From the NCBI GenBank assembly GCA_963803435.1, contig CAWDML010000001.1:608001-672000 (forward strand): a stretch of DNA of 64,000 bases, in the 5' to 3' direction. Origin of the DNA: an uncultured delta proteobacterium. GTDB taxonomy: Bacteria; Myxococcota; Kuafuiibacteriia; Kuafuiibacteriales; Kuafuiibacteriaceae. Below are positions 40,731-48,859 of the stretch, piece by piece. Each line of letters begins with the position of its first letter. Positions within the stretch are counted from its first letter, which is position 1. The notes below the pieces were generated by a model. The model was given only the letters and a program-made list of their open reading frames with translations, was not told where the DNA came from and made no database searches. The position numbers and the translations under genes are program-made.

Positions 40731-42367
40731 CGTCTTTTCCTCGCCGCGATCCCGCCCAGAAGGAGTATCAAACCGAACGCACGGGAGCCATCCGCCCCCG
40801 CGGTCGTCCGGCATCCACAGCCGCCCTCGGGCTCGGGCATCATCATCGGACCCGCGTCGGGCGTCACCTCGGCATCGGGCCCTCGGTCGCCTGCGTCGGT
40901 GATCCCCGCGTCGTCGTGCCCGGCGTCGGGGCGCTCACAGCTCGAATCTGGCGCGATCGCGATGGTCTCTGCGATCGAGGCCATCTCGAACGGTCCGGGG
41001 TTGGCCTCCTCGAACGCGGCTTGGAGGCGCAGCGCGCGCTCGTCGAACCCGTTCTCCGCCACCAGCGCGGTCACATAGGCTTGGGTCACGGACTGATACC
41101 AGAGGGCGCCCCGGAGGTGGATCGCGTCGAGCCCCATGTCGCACGGCGTCGTGGCGGTGACCGTGACCTCGTCCCAGTTGGCGAGCCGGCCCGGCGCGAT
41201 CTCCGGATAGACCTTGCCCACCGGCGCGGTGGTGGCCGTGGCGAGCATCCCGAGCGGCGGGATCCGCGTGTCGAGGAAGACCACGTCGTTGAGCGCAAGG
41301 CGGTGCCCCGGACCGATCCCCAGCTGACCCTGGCGCACGTGATAGATCGCCGCCGGATCGATGGGCTCCCCGGTCGTCTCGTCGAAGCCGCCCCGGGCGA
41401 GCGCCAGCTCGGAGGACGCCACCTCGAGCCACACGCGCCGCCCTTCTGGATAGCCGGTCGGCAGCTTGTGGCCGGTCTGGTTGGTCACGCGAAACCTCAG
41501 CGTCACGACCTCGCCGCGGCGCGCCTCTGCGGGCGCCTCCACCAGCGCGAGCGTCGCCGCCGAGCGGAGCTGCGCCGCGATCCGCAGCTTGCCACGGGCC
41601 AGCTGATCCGAGATCCCGAGCCCGGGCTCGAGGAAGTCGAGGGCCCCCAGGAGAAAGAGGTTCCCGCCGGCCAGCTCGTGCCGCGAGCGATCGGGCCGCA
41701 CCGGCGCGTTCTCGGCGATCGAGCCGGTCGTCTCCGGCAGGTGGCAGTCGCGACAGCCCTTCGAGGCCGCCACGCTGGAGGTCGCCCACTCGGTGTATGT
41801 GGTCTGCTCGGGGAACAGCATGCCCATCGGCGTCCCGTCCAGGTCGCGCCGCACCACCAGCGGATTGCTGAGGTCGTGGCACCCGGCGCACAGCTCGCTC
41901 GACGAGATCCAGCTCGACGGCTGCCACCGGTGCGGCGGGTTCGCATCGGCGAGCGGCCCCCGATAGACGATGTCGTCCCCGAGCGTGTACTGGCCGTTCC
42001 GCTTCCACGGCGACGGATCCATCCGATGACACACGGCGCAGCCGACGCCGGGCTCGTCGTCGGTGACCAACCCGCCGTCGGGATCGAGGCACGCGCCCTG
42101 GAGCCAGCCGTCGGGCGCGTGGCAGCGCAGGCAGAAGGCGCCGATCTCGGCCGTGTCCTCGTTGGCCTCGGTGAGGGCGGAGAGGAACAGCGGGTTACGG
42201 GCCGAGTGGGCCATCGGGCTGCCCAGCCAGGAGTCGTACGCCGACTCGCCCGGGTCGAAGCTTCCGTGGCAGCTGCGACACGTCACGGGCGCCGCGAGCG
42301 GGACCGATACGCTGCTGGTTCCCGGAAGATCCACCTGGGCCACCCAGAGCAGCAGCAGACTCCACAC
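40727..42367 (-). CDS. Pentaheme c-type cytochrome with MYXO-CTERM anchor
   Basis: CRSCH, CLRCH, CAVCH, CAGCH and CRDCH; GHKLPTG; C-terminal GGCGC, TM and RKRR. Confidence 0.88.
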   Translation of the reverse strand: MWSLLLLWVAQVDLPGTSSVSVPLAAPVTCRSCHGSFDPGESAYDSWLGSPMAHSARNPLFLSALTEANEDTAEIGAFCLRCHAPDGWLQGACLDPDGGLVTDDEPGVGCAVCHRMDPSPWKRNGQYTLGDDIVYRGPLADANPPHRWQPSSWISSSELCAGCHDLSNPLVVRRDLDGTPMGMLFPEQTTYTEWATSSVAASKGCRDCHLPETTGSIAENAPVRPDRSRHELAGGNLFLLGALDFLEPGLGISDQLARGKLRIAAQLRSAATLALVEAPAEARRGEVVTLRFRVTNQTGHKLPTGYPEGRRVWLEVASSELALARGGFDETTGEPIDPAAIYHVRQGQLGIGPGHRLALNDVVFLDTRIPPLGMLATATTAPVGKVYPEIAPGRLANWDEVTVTATTPCDMGLDAIHLRGALWYQSVTQAYVTALVAENGFDERALRLQAAFEEANPGPFEMASIAETIAIAPDSSCERPDAGHDDAGITDAGDRGPDAEVTPDAGPMMMPEPEGGCGCRTTAGADGSRAFGLILLLGGIAARKRR

Positions 42368-42464
42368 GCCTCCGCCTATACCTGTATGGCGGGGCCTTGG
42401 CTCGGCTGGTCGTCGATTGACAGCTCCGGTCGGGTCGCTCAGTGGTACAGCCGACGACATTCCA

Positions 42465-44006
42465 ATGACCATGCTGAAGAAGATCCTCCCCCTCGCACTC
42501 CTCTCCTTCGGGCTGGTGGCCTGCGGATCGCGGTCCAGCACGGACGATGACGACACGTCCATGCCGCCACCGAACACGGACCTGGTCTGTCCCGCCAACG
42601 CGAACCTGACCGTCTGCGACATGAAGCTCACCGGGGGCCAGCGGCAGCCGGCCATCGGCGATCCCGTCTCGCTCATGGGCGTGGTGGTCACCACGCCGAC
42701 GCTCGCGGTGGGGTTCAACATGATGGGCGAGGCCACGCTGGCCGCGTTCTTCGTCCAGGATCGGACGACCAGCGACGACCTGGCCGATCGGTTCTCCGGC
42801 ATCGCGGTGGCCTATTCAATCGGCTCGGTCTCGGTGCCACCGGTCGGAGCGGTCATCGACATCGAGGGGACCTACGACGAGTTCAGCCGCAACGGATCGG
42901 CGCCCGAGAAGCAGGTCAAGGCCACGTTCGTGTCGCCCCCCTCCGGCAACGAGGCCGTGCGGGTGAAGTCGCTGACCGTCGACCAGCTCACCGCCGACTA
43001 CGAGGGCTCGGTGGTCGAGCTGTCCGATACGGTGGCCACCTCGGTCAACCCGGCGGGCGCCGGCGGTATGATGATCTTCGGCTTCCAGCTCAACAACAAG
43101 GTGATCGTGTCCACCGCCATGACGCGCTACTTCGCGCGGGTCGGTGAGGAGTTCCTCAAGGTGACCGGCGTGTACCGGCTCGGCACCTTCAACTACGACG
43201 CCGGGATCTACACCCTCACGCCCCGCATCGCGGACGACATCCAGCCCAAGAACCCGATCCAGCGGGTCACGTCGATCACCGCGGTCCAGGATCCGCAGTC
43301 GCCCGATCGTCCCGCCGACATGTGCAGCAGCGACCAGCCGACCGCCGATCGCCGCTGCCCCAAGCTCTCGCTCACGGACGTCGTGGTCACCGCGGTGGGC
43401 GGCTACGTCTCCGCGAATCTCCGGGCGATGTGGGTCCAGGATCCGTCGGTGGTGGGCGGCCGCTTCTCCGGCATCAAGGTGACGTACTCGAGCGACACCA
43501 CCAACCTTCCGAGCGTCGGCGACCTCATCAACGTCGAGGGCGAGGTGATCGAGTGGTACGGCGGGACGCAGGTCCAGTTCCCGACGTTCTCCCCCGGGAG
43601 CGGCACGATGACGCCGGTGCCGGTGGTCGTGGATCCGTCGGCTATCGGGCGCGACTCGGACGCCACCACCAACCCGTACGAGGGCGTGCTGGTCACGCTC
43701 CAGAACGTGCAGGTGACCGAGCGCTGCATCGAGGACACGATGTATCGCGATCACGGCGACTGGGTCGTCGCGGGCAACGTCCTCGTCAGCACCGCGTTCA
43801 TGTACGACTATAACGGCATGCTCCGCGCCGGCAGCACGACCTGCGACAACCAGCCCAACGGTAACTGCTCGTGCATGGCGATGAGCCGCCCCAACGACAT
43901 GCGCGCCGTGAACGACGACTTTGCGTCGATCACCGGCGTCATCGACTACTCCTTCGACGAGCTCCGCCTCGATCCTCGCGGAAACGCCGATCTCATGTTG
44001 CAGTAG
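42465..44006 (+). CDS. Lipoprotein with duplicated OB-fold-like modules (nuclease-associated type, no catalytic domain seen)
   Basis: LVAC lipobox; twice VVT..(F/W)VQD..RFSGI..YEG..V.L..TGV..L.PR..D. Confidence 0.75.
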   Translation: MTMLKKILPLALLSFGLVACGSRSSTDDDDTSMPPPNTDLVCPANANLTVCDMKLTGGQRQPAIGDPVSLMGVVVTTPTLAVGFNMMGEATLAAFFVQDRTTSDDLADRFSGIAVAYSIGSVSVPPVGAVIDIEGTYDEFSRNGSAPEKQVKATFVSPPSGNEAVRVKSLTVDQLTADYEGSVVELSDTVATSVNPAGAGGMMIFGFQLNNKVIVSTAMTRYFARVGEEFLKVTGVYRLGTFNYDAGIYTLTPRIADDIQPKNPIQRVTSITAVQDPQSPDRPADMCSSDQPTADRRCPKLSLTDVVVTAVGGYVSANLRAMWVQDPSVVGGRFSGIKVTYSSDTTNLPSVGDLINVEGEVIEWYGGTQVQFPTFSPGSGTMTPVPVVVDPSAIGRDSDATTNPYEGVLVTLQNVQVTERCIEDTMYRDHGDWVVAGNVLVSTAFMYDYNGMLRAGSTTCDNQPNGNCSCMAMSRPNDMRAVNDDFASITGVIDYSFDELRLDPRGNADLMLQ

Positions 44007-44032
44007 GCGCCCCGCCTCCCCACCATCGGAGC

Positions 44033-44932
44033 GTGCATCCGCCGCTCGACCTCTTGGGAGCGCTTGCCCGCCAGTTCGGACGCACGCACGATCGCGCGCT
44101 GCTGGAGCACGCCGCCGCCCGCGCCACCCGCACGGAGCGGCTGGACCTCCTCGCCGCCCTGGCGCGCACGCCCGCCCGGATCCCCGACGAGATCGGGCGG
44201 CTCGGACGTCACGCGCTGCTGAGAGCGATACCGTGCGCCCCGCCCGATCGCTGCTTCGAGGGCGCCGACGACTCGGACCGACCGATCTTCGTGCGGACGT
44301 TCCCGCGCGAGCGCCTGACGGACGCGCTGATCGTCCGCCATCGGCGCTGGGCCGAGCTCGCGATCCCGGGTCTGGCGAAGCTGGTCGACTTCGGCGTGGT
44401 CGAGCACCAGCCGTTCGTCCTCGCCGAGCACGTCCCCGGCCTCTCCCTCGTCGAGCTGGCCGAGCTCCAGCCCTCCCTCCCGATCGTGCTGGCGCTGTTG
44501 TTCGACGGCCTCGCGATCCTTCGCGCGCTCCACCAGGCCGGCGCGGTGCACGGCCACCTCAGCCCGGGACGGATCCGCGTGGAGCCGCTCGGCGCGATCC
44601 GTCTCTGCCTCGGCACCAGCGATCCGGTCGCAACGCCGGCGAACCCGGGCCGCGATCTCTGTGTCCTCGCCCGCTCGCTGCTCGGTCTCGCCACCCGCGA
44701 TGCGCTCGTCCTGGAGGTGCTCGCGACGGATGAGCCCGACGCGCTCTCGGTGGCCGCCGATCGTCTGCAGGAGCTCCACCCCGCGCACGCCGAGCTGATC
44801 CAGTCGGTGCTCGGAGGTCGCGCCCCGGCCGCAGAGGTCGCCCCGCACCTCGCCGGGAGCGCCGATCCGGAGGAGGCGCTCCGCATCATCGAGGCCGTCG
44901 TGGCGGCGGCGCGCGGGTCGGCTCCGGATTGA
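44033..44932 (+). CDS. Degenerate protein-kinase-like protein (pseudokinase)
   Basis: PGLAKLVDFG..PFVLAEHVPG and LHQAGAVHGHLSPGRI in place of HRDLKPxN. Confidence 0.7.
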   Translation: MHPPLDLLGALARQFGRTHDRALLEHAAARATRTERLDLLAALARTPARIPDEIGRLGRHALLRAIPCAPPDRCFEGADDSDRPIFVRTFPRERLTDALIVRHRRWAELAIPGLAKLVDFGVVEHQPFVLAEHVPGLSLVELAELQPSLPIVLALLFDGLAILRALHQAGAVHGHLSPGRIRVEPLGAIRLCLGTSDPVATPANPGRDLCVLARSLLGLATRDALVLEVLATDEPDALSVAADRLQELHPAHAELIQSVLGGRAPAAEVAPHLAGSADPEEALRIIEAVVAAARGSAPD

Positions 44933-44984
44933 AGACCGGCGCGTGTTGACCCGATCCTCGAGGCCACGCAGCATCCGCGTGCCC

Positions 44985-46578
44985 GTGACTGACACCCCAT
45001 CCCGCCTCTTCGCCGCGCTCCTGCTCCTCGCCGCCCTCGCGCCCGGCGGGGCGCTGGCCCAGACCAGATCCTCCACGATCGCGCCGGTCGCGCCCCCTCC
45101 GCCGGCCGAGCCCCCGCCGGCCGCGTCGCTCGATCAGGTCCTCGAGGGCAAGGACAAGACGGGAACCCCGCCCAAGCCGCCGCGGGAGCTCCTGCTCGGC
45201 GCCGAGACCTCGTCCGCCGGCGAGGACCGCCCCGAGCCGGACTACGATCGGCGGCCCGACGCCTCGCTGACGGCCGGCGAGTTTCTGATTCGGATCCCCC
45301 GCGCCCTCCTCTTCCCGGTGCACCTGGTGCTCGAGTACCTGGTCCGCTGGCCGCTGGTGCACGCCCTGACCTGGGCCGAGGAGGTGTATCTATTCAAACG
45401 AATCCAGAACTTCTTCACCTGGCGGGACGGCAAGTCCGGCATCTACCCCACATTCCTCGCGGACTTCGGCTTGAAGCCGTCGGTCGGCCTCACGACGTTC
45501 CATCGGGACTTTCCGGTCGACGGCAACACGCTGACCGCGCGCTTCGGCTTTTGGGGCCCCCGCTGGATCAACGCCGGGATCAGAAACCGCACGACCGTGC
45601 TCGCGGACGACAGCGGCACCATCGACGTCTTCGGCCACCTCGAGCATCGGCCCGACTATCCGTTCTACGGGATCGGATCGAACACGAAGGGCGCCACCGA
45701 GGATCGGCTCCGCTACGAGAAGCGGGAGATCGACGCCGGGGTCGGCTTCCTGGCGGCCCTCGGCGGGCTCAGTCGGTTCGACGTCTCGTTCGCCTTCAAG
45801 GACGTGGCATTCGGCGACGACCCGAGCGCCGAAGGCGATCAGCGACTGCTGTCGGACACGCTCGTGGAGAACGAGGGCGTCGCGATGCCGGTCCCCGGCT
45901 TCAACGATCCGGACAGCGCCCAGCCGGGCGAGCTCGGCCACTATCAGCTGCTGGTGAGCCGGATGGGCGTCAAGCTCGACACGCGGGATCCGGACGTCGA
46001 ATTCAAGGGCGGCAGCGGCTACCTGCTGGAGCTGTTCCTCAGCTTCTCGTTCGAATCCGAGCGACGCCAGCCGCAACTTCTTCCTCTGGGGCGTCGAGAC
46101 CGCCGGCTTCATCGACTTCACCGGGCTGGGACACGTGCTGGCGCTCGGCCTGCACGGCGAGTTCCTCTCCGAGCCGGGCGGATCGCCGGTCCCGTTCACC
46201 GAGCTCCCCGCGCTGGGCGGCCTGGAGACGATGCGCGGCTACCTCCCGCGGCGCTTCGTCGGCGACAGCGTGGTGGAGGCCACGCTCAGCTACCGCTACC
46301 CGGTGTGGTCGTTGCTCCACGCGGAGCTGTTCGCCGGGATCGGCAACGCCTACAACGGCTACCTCGGGATCGGGAAAGAGGACGCTGAGGACTTCAGCTT
46401 CAAGCGTCTCTACTTCGACGCCGGCTTCGGCCTCCGGACCAGCTTCGATTGAGACTCCGCGCTCGAGATCCTCCTCGCCTTTGGCACGAACCGCTTCGAC
46501 GGCGGGGACGGCAAGGGCGGTGCGGGCCTCGAGCTCGACAGCGTCCGCTTCGTCTTCGGACTGGCGCAGGGCTTCTAG
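44985..46578 (+). CDS. Omp85/BamA-TamA-like beta-barrel protein; +1 frameshift near 46055 and in-frame TGA at 46450-46452
   Basis: Signal peptide; FYGIG, LDTRD and LGGLETMRGY..RRFVGD motifs; reading past the TGA ends ...VRFVFGLAQGF (terminal Phe). Confidence 0.78.
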
Positions 46579-46580
46579 CG

Positions 46581-48332
46581 ATGAGATCCCAGGTACTGCT
46601 GCTGCTCGCTCTCTCGGCCTGCGCGACCGCCCCGCGGCGCTTCCAGCTCGCGGATCCGTTGTGGGTCGACGACGATCGGAACAACGTCCCCGAGGAGCCC
46701 GACGAGTACTACTCGGGGCTGTACGGCGACGGCGCCGATCAGATGGTCTTCCGCCCCCTCTCCCGGGTCTGGACGCTGCCGCTGGCCGAAGACGCGGAGG
46801 ACGTGAACTCGATGGACGAGGTCCCGAACAGCTCGTGGTTCCAGAACCGCCTCGGCATGTTCGACCTGCCGCCGGAGGTCGCCGCCAAGGGCGCCTGCGG
46901 GCTCGAGCCGCCGGCGCTCTCGCCCGACCGAGGTCCCTGGATGGTCACCAGCGCCAAGCCGAACGGCGCCAACCCCGGCTTCTTCATCACCGCCCCCGAC
47001 GGCTCCCGGTACCTCCTCAAATTCGACGGCATCAAGCAGCCGACGCGCGCCACCGGCTCGGACGTGATGGGCTCGAAGATCTACTGGAACGCCGGCTATC
47101 ACACGCCCTGCAACTTCGTTCTCTACTTCCCGGAGAGCATCCTGAAGATCGATCCGAAGGCGAAGGCCGAGAACGACTACGGGGAGAAGCGACCGATCGA
47201 GAAGGAGGACATCGACCGCGTGCTCTCCAAGGCCTTCCGGCTCAAGGACGGCCGGCTGCGGGCCTCGGCGTCGCGCTTCGTGAACGGCAAGCCGATCGGG
47301 CCCTTCATCTACGAGGGCACGCGCGGCGACGATCCCAACGACGTGATCCCCCACGAGCGCCGGCGGGAGCTGCGCGGCTCGTACATCTTCGCCGCCTGGA
47401 TCAACCACTTCGACTCACGCGAGCAGAACTCGCTCAACGTGTGGACCAAGAACGGCGGTCGCCAGTACATCGACCACTACATCATCGACTGGGGCGACTC
47501 CCTCGGGAGCCGCTGGCCCCTCGATCAGATCAGCCGCCGCCTCGGCTACAGCTCGTACTTCGACTACGAGCACATCTTCGAGGACCTGGTCACGCTGGGC
47601 TTCCTCCCGCGACCCTGGAACCGAGTGAAGCGCGCGGAGCAGGAGATCTTCGGCTACTTCGACGCCGACGAGTTCGATCCGGAGCGCTACCACCCCGGCT
47701 ATCCCAACCCGGCGTTCGACGAGCGCCGCCCCGGCGACATCATGTGGGCCGTCCGCATCCTGGCGCGCTTCACGCCCGAGCACATCCGTGCCATCGCCCA
47801 GGAGGCCAAGTTCCCCGATCCGCGCCAGGAGGACTTCATCGTGAAGCGGTTGATCGAGCGCCAGCGCAAGATCATCGAGACCTTCGCCACCAAGTACGCG
47901 CCGCTCACCAACTTCCAGCTGGCGCGCCGGACCGAGGGGAAGAAGGACCAGTCCCTCTGCTTCGAGGACCTCGCCGTGCAGCACGGCGTCGTCGACGACA
48001 CCTTCGTGATCTACAAGATGCGGATGTACGGCGGTGAGGATCTGGATCAGGAGATCGGCTGGCTCCAGTTCAGCCCGGACGTCGAACACCCGCACCGCTC
48101 GTGCGTGCTGCTGCCGATCGGTCACACGCGGCCTTCCGATCTGGCCAAGCCGAGCGCTCCCGACGACGACCCGCTGCGCTACGGCGTGATGAAGATCTTC
48201 ATCCACCAGACCCAGTCGGTGCAGCCGACCTCGGAGGTGGATCTCCACTTCTACGATCTCGGCCCCGAGCGCGGCTTCCGGCTGGTCGGCATCACGCGAC
48301 CCGACACGCCCCACGTGCCCAGTCAGTTCTGA
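46581..48332 (+). CDS. Lipoprotein with atypical kinase-like (PI3/4K- or HipA-like) motifs
   Basis: LSAC lipobox; YLLKFD, WINHFDSREQN and IIDWGDSLG motifs. Confidence 0.7.
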   Translation: MRSQVLLLLALSACATAPRRFQLADPLWVDDDRNNVPEEPDEYYSGLYGDGADQMVFRPLSRVWTLPLAEDAEDVNSMDEVPNSSWFQNRLGMFDLPPEVAAKGACGLEPPALSPDRGPWMVTSAKPNGANPGFFITAPDGSRYLLKFDGIKQPTRATGSDVMGSKIYWNAGYHTPCNFVLYFPESILKIDPKAKAENDYGEKRPIEKEDIDRVLSKAFRLKDGRLRASASRFVNGKPIGPFIYEGTRGDDPNDVIPHERRRELRGSYIFAAWINHFDSREQNSLNVWTKNGGRQYIDHYIIDWGDSLGSRWPLDQISRRLGYSSYFDYEHIFEDLVTLGFLPRPWNRVKRAEQEIFGYFDADEFDPERYHPGYPNPAFDERRPGDIMWAVRILARFTPEHIRAIAQEAKFPDPRQEDFIVKRLIERQRKIIETFATKYAPLTNFQLARRTEGKKDQSLCFEDLAVQHGVVDDTFVIYKMRMYGGEDLDQEIGWLQFSPDVEHPHRSCVLLPIGHTRPSDLAKPSAPDDDPLRYGVMKIFIHQTQSVQPTSEVDLHFYDLGPERGFRLVGITRPDTPHVPSQF

Positions 48333-48859
48333 ACGATCGCGCCGCTCCCTGCGGTGAAGTGGAGCTCGCGCCCGGCGGAGTCGAGCCCGAAGGGACGCAC
48401 GATCGAGAGCTGCGTCGGCGCTTCGGTCCTTCGCAGCATCCCCAGGCGGGCCACCGCCACGTTGTCGAGCGCGATCCCCTCCGCCGGTCCGACCGCCGAG
48501 GCTGCCACCACGATCAGCCCGGGCCGGGCCTCCTTCACCTCGAAGAGGCCCGCGTGCGTGAAGCCTGGGCTCCGGGTGAGGGCGTCGAGCTCGAGGACGG
48601 CCGGGTCGTACTCGATGCGATACGCCAGCCCGTAGACGTCGGTGAGCTGGTGGGCCACCAGATCGGCGTCGAGGCGATCGGCGGCCAGCACCGCATCGCC
48701 GAAGAGGAGCGCCGGACCGTCGAGGGTCTCGGCCTCGAAGGTGATCGTCTTCTCCACCGCGCCGGAGTCGGGCGTCCCGGCGTCCGGGAGGGGGAGCGCC
48801 GCCTTCGAGCAGGCGGTGGGCGAGAGGAGCAGGAGCGCCAGCAGCGCATACCTCCTCAT
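48323..48859 (-). CDS. Lipoprotein with cohesin-like beta-sandwich
   Basis: PTAC lipobox; DVYGLAYRIEYDPAVLEL...PGLIVVA...VARL pattern. Confidence 0.65.
   Translation of the reverse strand: MRRYALLALLLLSPTACSKAALPLPDAGTPDSGAVEKTITFEAETLDGPALLFGDAVLAADRLDADLVAHQLTDVYGLAYRIEYDPAVLELDALTRSPGFTHAGLFEVKEARPGLIVVAASAVGPAEGIALDNVAVARLGMLRRTEAPTQLSIVRPFGLDSAGRELHFTAGSGAIVQN

Noticed and set aside
42443-42458. sigma54 promoter TGGTACAG... before the OB-fold lipoprotein
   Set aside because: The -12 GC is absent at the required spacing.
32395-46452. Selenocysteine or recoding at the two in-frame TGA codons
   Set aside because: Neither position is a Cys-like catalytic site. Both read GATTGA where Arg CGA fits the motif, so a substitution is the simpler explanation.
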